Assembly: GCA_944392775.1 (NCBI GenBank)
Contig: CALXXV010000003.1
Coordinates: forward strand, 61,279-125,278
Direction: 5' to 3'
Origin: an uncultured Alphaproteobacteria bacterium
GTDB lineage: Bacteria; Pseudomonadota; Alphaproteobacteria; Rs-D84
Length of the DNA: 64,000 nt
The notes beneath the pieces are model-generated. The model had not been told where the DNA came from. It saw only the letters and a program-made list of their open reading frames with translations, and did no database searches. The position numbers and the translations under genes are program-made. This document shows positions 9,060-19,352 of the stretch, piece by piece. Position 1 is the stretch's first letter; every line of letters starts with the position of its first letter.

Positions 9060-9689
9060 TTATTTACTTCTTTCAAAAACGTGTATTCGTATTAATTTTT
9101 CATAAATATCATAATCTTGGCAAAACACATCATCAACTATTAAGTTCGCCAAACCAGGTAAATCAGATGTAGACACCTGTCCAGGAAGTATACAATGACG
9201 CGTCGATGTATAAAGCCATTTCTTTGGTACTGGTAATATTTTTCCAGTCTTTTTATCGCGACAAACTATGGTCCCAGCAAACCCGGTTTCACCCAAGAAT
9301 TTTGCATTCGGCTTAACATATCTTGGACGTCTTATAACCTGTCCAACAAAAGGGCTGTTAGAATACGGATATGGACATATACTTAATGAAACCACCGCTA
9401 CTAAATCGTAGTAAGTATTAAAACGGGCATCCTTTTGCAAAATGTTTCTAAAACTTTTATAAATTCTATCATCAGATTTTGAAATGATCCCCCCATCATT
9501 ACGACGCCAAATATCATAATCAAACCATTCTATAAACTTATAATTTTCACCGAATAAATCTTGTTCTTTATTCAATGTTAATAAAGTTTCTTTGAAATTC
9601 TCTTTCTTGATCATATTTTTTATAATTAACATAATATTTATTTTATGCAATAATTTTATAATTCTACAATTATAAAACCATGAAATCAT
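9060..9689 (-). CDS. Hypothetical protein (start uncertain; possible internal start at MIKKENF)
   Basis: ORF only. Divergent from the HExxH gene. Confidence 0.4.
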   Translation of the reverse strand: MISWFYNCRIIKLLHKINIMLIIKNMIKKENFKETLLTLNKEQDLFGENYKFIEWFDYDIWRRNDGGIISKSDDRIYKSFRNILQKDARFNTYYDLVAVVSLSICPYPYSNSPFVGQVIRRPRYVKPNAKFLGETGFAGTIVCRDKKTGKILPVPKKWLYTSTRHCILPGQVSTSDLPGLANLIVDDVFCQDYDIYEKLIRIHVFERSK

Positions 9690-9745
9690 TTATAAATACT
9701 TTTATAAAAACAAATATGCTATAATTATTTCCAAAGGAAGCCATT

Positions 9746-10723
9746 ATGAAGGAAAAGACCAAACTTTTTCAAAGCTCTGCTGAAAAATTAAAGCAAAATT
9801 TAGAAATAACTAATGCCAAAGAACAAGTTCAATTATTAAAAAAATATAAACTAGAAAAAAACAAAGAAATTAAAGAAAAAATATATAACGAACTTTCTTT
9901 TGAAGTAAAACTATTATTAAAAAATTTTAAACCAGAATATATAATAAAAAAATTGGAAAAAGCTATTCAATTAGATGATTTTCGCCCTAGGAATTTATCA
10001 ATTTACACTTTTGCGATGGATCCCGATTTAAATTATGTAAATGGAGAATTTTCTACTTTTGATGAATTTTTATCTGCCATGATAAGAAACAATGAAAACC
10101 CAAATAAAGTTAGAAAATATGCCGCAAAAGAAATTTATAATAGAATAAACGTTGCTAAACAATACGCAAATGACATAAATAAAATCTTGGACGAATATCC
10201 AGCACAAAAAAAACAAGCCTTAAATTCTTACATAATCGAAAACACAAATGCATATACAAATTTATTACAAACGATATCTGATAAACTATGTGAAGATTTA
10301 AAAATTGTAGATAGACCAATAATAAAAGTTATAGATTTTTGGGACGAGCTGCCCAAATATTTCCCAAAATTAAACAATACAGAAACATTATATGGAATAC
10401 ATTTTTCTTATAAAATCCCAGGCGAAACTAAATATCACACAGAAATATATATAGCAAGACAAATGCTATATAACTATATAGACAAAAAAACGAAAAAAGA
10501 ATTATTTAAAGAAATAATTTCAACTTTTGCCCATGAGTTCGGTCATGCAGTTGATAATTTACAGGCCAACAAAGGTGCATTAGGTAACCAAAAAGCTAAC
10601 ATTGGGAAAAAAATTTATGTTCAAGCAAGTGCAGATAAAGAGAAACAATATCATACGAATCCTACTGAAGTTAGTTCAGAAACTATATATAATGAAGTTT
10701 TGAAATCTTTAGATCGAATATAA
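9746..10723 (+). CDS. Lys-rich hypothetical protein with a zinc-metallopeptidase HExxH motif (FAHEFGHAVD); effector-like
   Basis: HEFGH motif near the C-terminus. No signal peptide. Confidence 0.5.
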   Translation: MKEKTKLFQSSAEKLKQNLEITNAKEQVQLLKKYKLEKNKEIKEKIYNELSFEVKLLLKNFKPEYIIKKLEKAIQLDDFRPRNLSIYTFAMDPDLNYVNGEFSTFDEFLSAMIRNNENPNKVRKYAAKEIYNRINVAKQYANDINKILDEYPAQKKQALNSYIIENTNAYTNLLQTISDKLCEDLKIVDRPIIKVIDFWDELPKYFPKLNNTETLYGIHFSYKIPGETKYHTEIYIARQMLYNYIDKKTKKELFKEIISTFAHEFGHAVDNLQANKGALGNQKANIGKKIYVQASADKEKQYHTNPTEVSSETIYNEVLKSLDRI

Positions 10724-10790
10724 CCAATATATCACATTTGAAAAGAACTTATGCAACATAAACAAATAGCACAAGATTAAATATTTTTTG

Positions 10791-11708
10791 CTACTTTACT
10801 CCAAAAGCTATATCCATTTTTATATTAGATAAATCTTCTTTAAATCTTACCGAACCAACAGCTTCAGTTGGAATACTTTTTTCTGGATCCTGACCATAAT
10901 ATTTTATAACCATATTCGCACCATGATTTACAATTTTTTCAAGACTGTTATCTTCTTTAAATTTTACTATATTATCTTTATTTTTATAATTACTAAATTC
11001 TATTGTACCAGCTGCATCATCTTTTACAAAAATATCATACCAATTTTCGAATGTTGCGTCCAACGTGCTAACACCCGTTACATTATCAAAATTTAACCTT
11101 ACATTACCATCCAATTTTACAAATTCAGAACCTTTGCTGGCATTACCTATTGCACGACCAGAAAAAACAACGTCCTTTTCAATGTTAATAGCATCTATTC
11201 TTTTCGTATCGTCACCATTAATAAAAACATCGTTTTCTATACCAGCAAAATTTACAAAAGCATCATTTTCTATTTTGTAAGACCCAAAATCAGAGTAAGA
11301 AAGTCCTAAATCTTTTCCTATAGATACATAATCGATCTTTTTACCTAGTTTTTTCGTTTGCAAAACGGCCTGTCTATTTTCACGCGAAGGACGACTACCC
11401 CGTTCAGAATTCACGATGTTTTCTGCATCATTTCCTCGATTACTACTGGGGGTATAATTTACATTATCCCCGCGTTCTTCTTCTGTCGGTTCAAGGTTAG
11501 AATTATTTCCCCTATCATCACTTGGTTCTGGCGTTGTTTCGCCACGATCAGTACTTGGTATATAATTAGAGCTATTTCCACGTCCAGACGTTGGAACATG
11601 CTTAGTACACCCTTCTTCAGAATTAACACATGATGGAGTATATCCACCACCACCACCACCACAAGCAGTTAAAAAAACAAATAACATAAAATAAAGTACT
11701 TTTTTCAT
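10791..11708 (-). CDS. Surface lipoprotein with a Gly6 tract after the lipobox Cys, RG-rich repeats, and a C-terminal beta-rich domain resembling TbpB/fHbp-type lipoprotein handle domains
   Basis: Lipobox LTAC followed by GGGGGG (encoded by a (CCA)6 repeat on the + strand). C-terminal alternating beta pattern. Confidence 0.5.
   Translation of the reverse strand: MKKVLYFMLFVFLTACGGGGGGYTPSCVNSEEGCTKHVPTSGRGNSSNYIPSTDRGETTPEPSDDRGNNSNLEPTEEERGDNVNYTPSSNRGNDAENIVNSERGSRPSRENRQAVLQTKKLGKKIDYVSIGKDLGLSYSDFGSYKIENDAFVNFAGIENDVFINGDDTKRIDAINIEKDVVFSGRAIGNASKGSEFVKLDGNVRLNFDNVTGVSTLDATFENWYDIFVKDDAAGTIEFSNYKNKDNIVKFKEDNSLEKIVNHGANMVIKYYGQDPEKSIPTEAVGSVRFKEDLSNIKMDIAFGVK
11641..11660. repeat. Trinucleotide repeat (CCA)6, i.e. 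(GGT)6 on the coding strand, inside the lipoprotein gene
   Basis: tatCCACCACCACCACCACCAcaagc read directly. Confidence 0.8.
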
Positions 11709-11851
11709 TATTTTGTTATCTATATATTTACATTTGTAATTATAACATATAACGTTATTATAAACAATAGTCTTATTCTTTACAATTACTTAAAAATACT
11801 GGCACGAACATATTTACTTGAAAAATTTTTTATAACTTTTATCTTTCTTAT

Positions 11852-12592
11852 ATGACCAAATATGTAGATTGCCATTGCCATTTAATAAAATCGATAAATC
11901 ACTGCGCTGATAATATAAGTAAAGCACGTAGTATGGGTATCGACACCTGCTTGTGTAATGCAACAAATGAAAATGATTGGGATGCTTTATTAGCCTTATC
12001 AAAAAAAATCCCGGAAATTCGTGTGGCGTTTGGAATACATCCTTGGTTCATATCAAATATAAAAAGCAATTGGAATAAAAGGTTAACTAAAATTCTTCTT
12101 AGTAATTCTAATTTTATGGTTGGGGAAATCGGTCTAGACAAAAACAAAGCTTTATTTGACTTACAAGAAAATATTTTTAATATCCAAATGGAAATCGCAG
12201 CAAGATTAAACAGGTGCGTAACCATTCATTGCTTAGGCGCATGGGATAAAATATTACAATATCTGAAAAGAAACGAAAAAGAACTGCCTCCTTGTATCAT
12301 ATTTCATTCTTATAACGGGAATGAAAAATTAACAACCGATTTATTAAATAAATGTAATGCTTATTTTTCGTATTCATTATTAAATTTAAATAATATAACC
12401 AACAAAACAAAAATATTAGTAAAAAGTACTCCTATTGATAAAATTTTGATTGAAAGTGACAGCGACAATATAAAAAATACAATACTAGCGTTTGATAAAA
12501 TTGCATCTATTCTTGATATAGATAAAGAAAATTTATCAAAACAAATATATGCAAACAGCCAAAAAGTTTTAAACCATGGACAAACTAAATAG
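11852..12592 (+). CDS. tatD: TatD-family deoxyribonuclease
   Basis: DCHCHL metal-binding motif; typical length. Confidence 0.7.
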   Translation: MTKYVDCHCHLIKSINHCADNISKARSMGIDTCLCNATNENDWDALLALSKKIPEIRVAFGIHPWFISNIKSNWNKRLTKILLSNSNFMVGEIGLDKNKALFDLQENIFNIQMEIAARLNRCVTIHCLGAWDKILQYLKRNEKELPPCIIFHSYNGNEKLTTDLLNKCNAYFSYSLLNLNNITNKTKILVKSTPIDKILIESDSDNIKNTILAFDKIASILDIDKENLSKQIYANSQKVLNHGQTK

Positions 12593-13274
12593 AATTCGTT
12601 TATTGCTTGGGGATGAAGCCATAGAAAAGCTAAAAAAATCAACCGTTATGATTGTCGGTTGCGGTGCAGTTGGTTCTTTCGCAATAGAAGCCCTTGCAAG
12701 AAGTGGTATAGGTAATTTACTTTTAATAGATTTTGATAATATAGAAGAAACAAATATAAACCGACAACTATTTGCACTAGAATCTACAATAGGACAACCT
12801 AAAGTAAACGTTGCGAAACAAAGAATTCAAGACATATCAAAAGACATAAAAGTCGACATAAAAAACATTTTTTTTGATGAAAATACAAATTTAAATATCA
12901 AACCAGACTTTGTAATAGACGCTATAGATACCGTAAAATCGAAGATAGCCATTTACAAATGGTGTCAAAAAAATAACATTCCTTTTATTTCTAGTATGGG
13001 TGCAGCAAGGAAAAAAGATATCTCTCAGATAAAAATTTCTAAAATTTTAAAAACCAAAGTTTGCCCTCTTGCCGCTAAAATAAGAAAAATCGTAAAATTG
13101 GAAAATTTGAATAATTTTGACGTGGTTTATTCTACAGAAACTGCAGATGATAATGTTCACGGGAAAAATTTTGGTTCAATAATAACCGTTACCGGAACTT
13201 TCGGATTATACCTAGCAGAATTCGCAATCAATCATATTATACAGAAACAAAGTTGCGGCAATGCAATCTTGTAA
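12576..13274 (+). CDS. tcdA: tRNA threonylcarbamoyladenosine dehydratase (ThiF/E1-like; TcdA/CsdL family)
   Basis: VMIVGCGAVGSFAIEALARSGIGNLLLIDFDNIEETNINRQ Rossmann/E1 motif. Confidence 0.65.
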   Translation: MDKLNRIRLLLGDEAIEKLKKSTVMIVGCGAVGSFAIEALARSGIGNLLLIDFDNIEETNINRQLFALESTIGQPKVNVAKQRIQDISKDIKVDIKNIFFDENTNLNIKPDFVIDAIDTVKSKIAIYKWCQKNNIPFISSMGAARKKDISQIKISKILKTKVCPLAAKIRKIVKLENLNNFDVVYSTETADDNVHGKNFGSIITVTGTFGLYLAEFAINHIIQKQSCGNAIL

Positions 13275-13408
13275 AACAAGACAAAAACCAACATTTCCTA
13301 AGACAAGAACCTTTTCCTAAATACAGCATTGCGATTGAAAGCTAATAAAAAACTGTATATAATTATTTTGTCTTAGGACAAAAACAAAATTTCTAAAAGG
13401 AGAAAGAG

Positions 13409-13621
13409 ATGAGAGGATTTACAGATTACGTTCTGAAACCATTGACTTTTATAGGCGCTCTAAATTGGGGGTTAATCGGTATATTCGGTTTCGATTTAGT
13501 CGCATTTATATTCGGCCCAGGAACTCTGGCCAGCAGCATTGTATACAGTCTTGTTGGTATTGCCGCACTTATATGGTTAATATGGATGTTCATAAATAAA
13601 AGCGATAATAGTGAAAAATAA
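13409..13621 (+). CDS. DUF378-family small membrane protein
   Basis: MRGFTDYVLKPLTFIGALNWGLIGIFGFDLV; strong RBS AAAGGAGAAAGAG. Confidence 0.6.
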   Translation: MRGFTDYVLKPLTFIGALNWGLIGIFGFDLVAFIFGPGTLASSIVYSLVGIAALIWLIWMFINKSDNSEK

Positions 13622-13640
13622 TATTTAATGTTCATGTCTT

Positions 13641-13668
13641 CGCGCCCTTATATCAGGGCGCTTTTTAT
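13641..13668 (+). terminator. Rho-independent terminator GCGCCC-TTATATCA-GGGCGC-TTTTT
   Basis: GC stem plus T-tract after the DUF378 gene. Confidence 0.6.
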
Positions 13669-13809
13669 ATGTAAAAACAACAACTATCTTTATGATTTTT
13701 CTAAAAAATCCTAAGATTTTTAGGAATGTATACTTCTCGAAAAACAACTCTTTTTATAGTAATACAAATTAAATGTAAATCGTTCATTTATTGGGAATGG
13801 GGGTAAATC

Positions 13810-15333
13810 ATGAAAATTATCATTCAGGCAGGCGGTCTGGGATCCAGAATGAAAGCGTTGACACACGTAAAACCCAAAAGTCTAATTTCTGCAAAATATA
13901 TGCCAATAATATTTCATCTGTTTAAGAAATATCCAAATGATGAATTCATAATAATCGGAGATTATAAATTTGACGTACTAGATAGATACTTATCTACGTT
14001 CGCCAAAAACGTAAATTATATGCTAATAAAATCAACAACAAAGGGAAATGCCGCAGGAATAAAAGAAGCGGTATCCTATATACCAGATAATGAACCGTTT
14101 ATGATAATATGGTCCGACATTATATTATCAGATACCTTTTATATAAATGAAATTACCAAGGGTTGCCAAGTAGGTTTAGTAGATTTCCATTGTTCTTGGA
14201 GCTTAAAAAATGGGACTTTAATAAACGAAAGCATCCCAGGTAAAGGTGTAGCCGGATTATATATTTTTGATAATAAAAGTTGGTTTGACGACTTTCCTAT
14301 AGAAGGTTCTTTTACAAATTGGCTGGCAGAAAAAAACATACCTTTAACCCCAATATCTTTAATGGGTAGCATAGATGTAGGAACTTTAGAAGCTTATAAC
14401 GAAATTTCAACGACCCTAAATCGCTGTAGACCTTATAATAAAATAGAATTTATCGACGGTAAAGTCGTAAAAACAGGTCTAACCAAAGAAGCGGAAAAAC
14501 TAATTGAACGAGAAATCGTGTGGTATAAAAAAATGGAAATGTGTGGTTTTGAGGCCATACCTAAAATATATAACACCAATCCACTAACTATGGAACTAAT
14601 TCGTGGAAAAAATATATTCCTTACAGAAATGGATGATGCAAATAAAAAAGAAACCATTCGTAAAATGGTTCATGCTTTACAAACTATGCATGGTTACGAA
14701 AAATCGTCCGCTTCTGCATGGGATTTATATACCGAATACTTAAAAAAAACAATTCACAGACTGCAAAGCATAATTTTCGCAATTCCTTTCGGAAACGAGC
14801 AATTTATAAAAATCAACGGAAAAAAATGTAAAAACATAATGTGCAATATAGATATTTTAAGACAGGCCGTCTTAAAAAATTTAATGACAACATATTATGG
14901 TCCAATTCATGGTGATTGCCAACTTACAAACACAATGATTGATGATTGTGGAAAAATATTCTTTATTGACGCACGTGGCTATTTCGGCAAAAGCCAAGTC
15001 TTAGGAGATGTTAGATATGATTGGGCAAAAATGTATTACGCCATACACGGTAATTTTGACCAATTTAACGTAAAAAGATTTACTCTTGATATTTCAGATC
15101 AAGAAGTTTCTTTCGATATCCATAGTGGAGGCTGGGAACATCTAACTGAATATTTCTTAAACCTTATACCCAAAGAAGAAGCAAGCGTAAAAGAAATAAA
15201 ACTTATACATGCAATAATATGGCTATCTTTAGCTTCGCATGCTTGGGAAGACTATGACTCTATGTGTATAGCGTTTTATAACGGAACCTTTTTATTTAAC
15301 GAATGGTTATCGGAGTACGAAAATGAACAGTAA
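13810..15333 (+). CDS. Bifunctional sugar-1-phosphate nucleotidyltransferase (N-terminal) fused to an APH/choline-kinase-fold sugar kinase (C-terminal). LicC-LicA-like or MurU-AmgK-like fusion
   Basis: N-terminal MKIIIQAGGLGSRM NTP-transferase motif. C-terminal Brenner motif IHGDCQLTN and FIDARGYFG. Confidence 0.65.
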   Translation: MKIIIQAGGLGSRMKALTHVKPKSLISAKYMPIIFHLFKKYPNDEFIIIGDYKFDVLDRYLSTFAKNVNYMLIKSTTKGNAAGIKEAVSYIPDNEPFMIIWSDIILSDTFYINEITKGCQVGLVDFHCSWSLKNGTLINESIPGKGVAGLYIFDNKSWFDDFPIEGSFTNWLAEKNIPLTPISLMGSIDVGTLEAYNEISTTLNRCRPYNKIEFIDGKVVKTGLTKEAEKLIEREIVWYKKMEMCGFEAIPKIYNTNPLTMELIRGKNIFLTEMDDANKKETIRKMVHALQTMHGYEKSSASAWDLYTEYLKKTIHRLQSIIFAIPFGNEQFIKINGKKCKNIMCNIDILRQAVLKNLMTTYYGPIHGDCQLTNTMIDDCGKIFFIDARGYFGKSQVLGDVRYDWAKMYYAIHGNFDQFNVKRFTLDISDQEVSFDIHSGGWEHLTEYFLNLIPKEEASVKEIKLIHAIIWLSLASHAWEDYDSMCIAFYNGTFLFNEWLSEYENEQ

Positions 15334-15718
15334 AGAAATTAGATTGTCCAAATTACAACATACTTGGATCCTAGATTTTGATGGAACTTTAGTAAAACAT
15401 AACGGATATAAAGACGGCATTAATAACATAGACGAATGGTTGCCAGGCGCATTGGAATTTCTACGTAATATACCAGAGAACGATTATATTTTAATTTTAA
15501 CCGCCAGAGAAGATAACACTAATGTAAGACAACGAACTATAAAATTTATCAAAGATGCAGGTATAAGATTTAATGATATTAAATTTGGTATCCCAATGGG
15601 TGAAAGGATTTTGTTTAACGACAATAAACCTAGTGGCTTATGTTGCGCCCATGTGTATACACCTGAAAGGAACCAAGGTCTAAAAAATCTTTCCGTAATA
15701 TTTGATAACAATTTATAA
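15323..15718 (+). CDS. HAD-superfamily phosphatase, small HAD-IIIA/GmhB-like
   Basis: Motif I DFDGTL, ILTAR, NDNKPSG. Confidence 0.6.
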   Translation: MNSKEIRLSKLQHTWILDFDGTLVKHNGYKDGINNIDEWLPGALEFLRNIPENDYILILTAREDNTNVRQRTIKFIKDAGIRFNDIKFGIPMGERILFNDNKPSGLCCAHVYTPERNQGLKNLSVIFDNNL

Positions 15719-15732
15719 AACAAGGATAAATC

Positions 15733-16629
15733 ATGCAAATACTTAAACCTATCGTACACGAAACTATATGGGGGGGGAATAAACTAACGCCCTATTCCGG
15801 ATCAGACTGCAAAAAAATAGGCCACTTATATTCAGCAATTGATACAGCAGATTTTAAAAATGAAATCATTTACGGTAAAGACAAAGGAAAAAATCTTCAT
15901 GAATGGTTCTTGGAAAATCGTGACAAATACGGTTTAAGCAACTATCAAGAACTTCCTATATTAATGGCACTGGTAGAAGCAGATGACGATCTTTCAATAC
16001 AGGTACACCCCGACGATGACAAAGCAAAAGAGCTAGAAAATAAACCATTTGGTAAAAATGAATCTTTTTATACATTACAGGCGCCTAAAAAGGGCTGGAT
16101 GTATAATGGTTGCAAAGCTAAGTCTGTAGAAGAAATGCGTACCAAAATAAAAGAAGGTAAAATATCAGAAACATTGGATACAATGCCTTGTTCTGTCGGA
16201 GATTACATTTATATCGTAGGTGGAACTTTACATGCAGCCACCGCAGGTTCCATACATTTTGAAATAGAAGAAAACTGCGAAAAAACCTATAGATTTTATG
16301 ACTATGACAGAGTTGATAAAAACGGGGAAAAACGTCCATTACAATTGGATAAAGCTTTAGCATGTTTAGATGTAAACAAAAAATCTTCTATTCGTCATTA
16401 TAAAAAAGGTGAACCCATTGAAGAAAGAATGTATTCTACGGAATTAGTAAAAGATGTAGATGTTTTTGAAAATAACGGCAATATGTTCGCCTTTGCCGTT
16501 TTACTAAACGGAGAAAAAGAAATTGATGGAATAAAAATTTTCCCGGGTACCGCAATTCTTTTAGACCCTAAAGAAAAATTAGATGTTTCAAATTGCGAAT
16601 TTATAATTGCCAAACCCAAAAGAGCATAA
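15733..16629 (+). CDS. manA: Class I mannose-6-phosphate isomerase (cupin)
   Basis: ETIWGG, LSIQVHPDD zinc-site motif, YRFYDYDR. Confidence 0.7.
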   Translation: MQILKPIVHETIWGGNKLTPYSGSDCKKIGHLYSAIDTADFKNEIIYGKDKGKNLHEWFLENRDKYGLSNYQELPILMALVEADDDLSIQVHPDDDKAKELENKPFGKNESFYTLQAPKKGWMYNGCKAKSVEEMRTKIKEGKISETLDTMPCSVGDYIYIVGGTLHAATAGSIHFEIEENCEKTYRFYDYDRVDKNGEKRPLQLDKALACLDVNKKSSIRHYKKGEPIEERMYSTELVKDVDVFENNGNMFAFAVLLNGEKEIDGIKIFPGTAILLDPKEKLDVSNCEFIIAKPKRA

Positions 16630-16630
16630 T

Positions 16631-17284
16631 ATGAAAGTAAAAGTATTGTGTCCTTCTATTATGTGTGCTGATTTTGGTAGCTTTCGTTCAGAAATTGCGC
16701 AAATGGACGCTGCAGGTATAGATCAATATCATATGGATATAATGGACGGAGAATTCGTACCTAACTTTGCGCTATCTTGGGCAGATTTTGCGGCAGTTAG
16801 AAAAATGACAGAAAAACCTTTAGATGCACACTTAATGGTAAAAGACCCAAGCATACACTTACCTTATGCATTTAAATATGGGGCAGATATAATATACGTA
16901 CATTTTGAATCTGGAAATGCAGCTAAACATTTATACGAAATAAGAAAAAACGGTAGAAAAGTCGGTCTTGCCATAAACCCAGAAACAAGTATAGAAAAAG
17001 TACAAACTCTTTTCCCGATAATTGATTCTTTATTAGTAATGCGGGTTCATCCAGGATTTTCAGGTCAAATTGCTATACCAGAAGTTGAAGAAAAGCTAGA
17101 TAAATTGGCAAAAATAAAAAATAGAAAATTTTCAATACGTTTAGATGGTTGTGTATCACCAGACGTAATTGACAAATGGGCAAAACTGGGTATAGAAGAA
17201 TTCGTATGTGGAACAGCTTCTGAAATGTTCGGGGAAAAAAGAGGCAATCGTTCTTATAAAGAAATAATAGATATTTTAAGGTAA
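16631..17284 (+). CDS. Ribulose-phosphate 3-epimerase-family protein (Rpe/AlsE-like hexulose- or pentulose-phosphate 3-epimerase)
   Basis: HMDIMDGEFVPN, DAHLMV motifs. Start set at MKVKV. Confidence 0.65.
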   Translation: MKVKVLCPSIMCADFGSFRSEIAQMDAAGIDQYHMDIMDGEFVPNFALSWADFAAVRKMTEKPLDAHLMVKDPSIHLPYAFKYGADIIYVHFESGNAAKHLYEIRKNGRKVGLAINPETSIEKVQTLFPIIDSLLVMRVHPGFSGQIAIPEVEEKLDKLAKIKNRKFSIRLDGCVSPDVIDKWAKLGIEEFVCGTASEMFGEKRGNRSYKEIIDILR

Positions 17285-17291
17285 TTTAATC

Positions 17292-18218
17292 ATGAAAAAA
17301 TTTTTTGTAAACGCAGTATGTTCTTTTATTCCATCTAAAACTCATAGAGATTATCTAAGACAAAAAATGATGTATAATCCAATAAATAATATACAAGAAC
17401 AAATAGATAATATAAAAAAAGAGCTAAATAACGCTATAACAAAAATAGATGACGCAGCAACAAAAACAGAAGTATCAAAGATTGAAAAATCTTTATGGCA
17501 ATCAATTACACCACCATTACCCCCAACGGATTATTCTTTCAATGGGCAAAACAACAAACTGCTAGTCTGGGATAAAGAAAAATCAGAATATATTGAAACA
17601 ACAAAAATTATACCGGGTTTATTTTTAAACATAGAAGGTAACAATAATACAATAAAAATCAAAGCTCCAGAAATAATTGAAAGATTAGAACTAACAATGT
17701 TAGGTGATAATCATAAATTCTCTTTAGGCGATTTTACAAACAAGATATATGATAAAAAAATAACTTATCTTATTATATTTATGACTTGCGGAGATTGCGA
17801 ATTAACAATTGGCGACAATCTTGTTGTCAATCCAATGGTTATAATCCACATGTGTGAACGTGGCGTAAAATGCTTTATAGGAGACAACGTGCGATTGGCC
17901 GCAGAATCAAAAATATACGTAAGTGATGCCCACCCAATAATAGATATAGAAAAAAACAAAATAATAAACTATGGCGATTGCAAAAGAGTTTTAAAAATAG
18001 GCAACAACTGTTGGATAGGAACCGGCTGTTTTATAGGCAAAAGCGCCAATCTACCGGACTATACAATCGTCGCAGCACAAAGCAATGTTGTTAAACCATT
18101 TGACGAATCTTACACAGTTATAGGTGGCAATCCTGCACACGTCTTAAAAAGAGGTGTAAAAAGAATTGATACGTGGGAAGAAGCTTTTGAAATAACTAAC
18201 AGTAAAATTAAAGGGTAA
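17292..18218 (+). CDS. Hexapeptide-repeat (left-handed beta-helix) acyl/acetyltransferase with an N-terminal extension
   Basis: Repeated [LIV]GxxxxI hexapeptides: IGDNLVV..., FIGDNV..., KIGNNCWIGTGCFIG. Confidence 0.6.
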   Translation: MKKFFVNAVCSFIPSKTHRDYLRQKMMYNPINNIQEQIDNIKKELNNAITKIDDAATKTEVSKIEKSLWQSITPPLPPTDYSFNGQNNKLLVWDKEKSEYIETTKIIPGLFLNIEGNNNTIKIKAPEIIERLELTMLGDNHKFSLGDFTNKIYDKKITYLIIFMTCGDCELTIGDNLVVNPMVIIHMCERGVKCFIGDNVRLAAESKIYVSDAHPIIDIEKNKIINYGDCKRVLKIGNNCWIGTGCFIGKSANLPDYTIVAAQSNVVKPFDESYTVIGGNPAHVLKRGVKRIDTWEEAFEITNSKIKG

Positions 18219-18222
18219 CACT

Positions 18223-19335
18223 ATGAAAAAGGTAAAAATAAGATTTGTAAATGGAGATAAAATAAGACGCTTTTATGTTTTTAACAAACCCCTTTTTCAA
18301 TATATGAGAAAAAACGGTAGGTTAAAAATAGAAATGTGTAAAAAAAGAAAACCTAAACCGGGTCAAAGAGTATTTTATTTAAAAGTTCATCGCGTTCATC
18401 AAACTAGTTTCGATTGCATACAACATTGGTTAGACATTATAGCGAGAATGGATGCCTTTGTTTATTTTGTTTGTGATAACAAACAAATGTGGAAAGGAAT
18501 TTTTAAAAAACCATGTTTTTTTTATAACCAAGATTTTGATTTTATAAAAAGTGACAGAAAAACGTTAAAAAAAGAAATACCTTTGATTTTACATAACGTA
18601 ATAAGACAAAAATTATGGCATAGAATTGCTTATTCAATGATGACGCCTTTTGTACACGCTGCTAAACATAATTATTCACGAACGTATAATATAGACGCAG
18701 ACGATATAATGATTCTTACAAAACCAGAATTAATTGCGGAAGGGTTAAAAAAAGCCGAATTTTATGCCGAAGAAAATGATCTTGATTGTTTTAATTTTGA
18801 TATGTTCGTTTCAAAATCTTTCGGTGTACATTGGTCTTTCGGTATAGTTTATGTACGCAAACCACAAAAATGTTTGAATATAATAAAAGAAAATATCGGA
18901 TGGCGCTATAATGAATACTTAATAAAAAAATATTCTACTTATTATGTAAACGAATTTAATTTTAACGTCGATTGGCTATTTACTTTTCTAAGAGACACCC
19001 AACAATTAAACTTAAAAACGTTTTATATAGAAGGTTCTATGGTAATTCATATGCCTGATATAGCTATTTCCAGACATTGGGCTTTCGTTCTTAAATGGAA
19101 AGATGGCACCCTTTATTTACCTGTTCTGGAAAGATTATATAACGATAAAACATGGCGTAACATCCCAATATTTAAAAATTGTATAAAAATTGATATCGGT
19201 CTTACAGATGAATGCGTCTCGGATTTCTTAAATGAATTCTATATGACAGATTATGTTTTTGAAAATAGCATATTAAATATAGCAAAAGAAAGAAGACTTA
19301 TTTCAAACACAATGTATCAAAAATATATAAGCTAG
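18223..19335 (+). CDS. Hypothetical protein in the glycan cluster (possible glycosyltransferase)
   Basis: Context only. Confidence 0.35.
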   Translation: MKKVKIRFVNGDKIRRFYVFNKPLFQYMRKNGRLKIEMCKKRKPKPGQRVFYLKVHRVHQTSFDCIQHWLDIIARMDAFVYFVCDNKQMWKGIFKKPCFFYNQDFDFIKSDRKTLKKEIPLILHNVIRQKLWHRIAYSMMTPFVHAAKHNYSRTYNIDADDIMILTKPELIAEGLKKAEFYAEENDLDCFNFDMFVSKSFGVHWSFGIVYVRKPQKCLNIIKENIGWRYNEYLIKKYSTYYVNEFNFNVDWLFTFLRDTQQLNLKTFYIEGSMVIHMPDIAISRHWAFVLKWKDGTLYLPVLERLYNDKTWRNIPIFKNCIKIDIGLTDECVSDFLNEFYMTDYVFENSILNIAKERRLISNTMYQKYIS

Positions 19336-19352
19336 AAACGTTAGAGGAAAAC

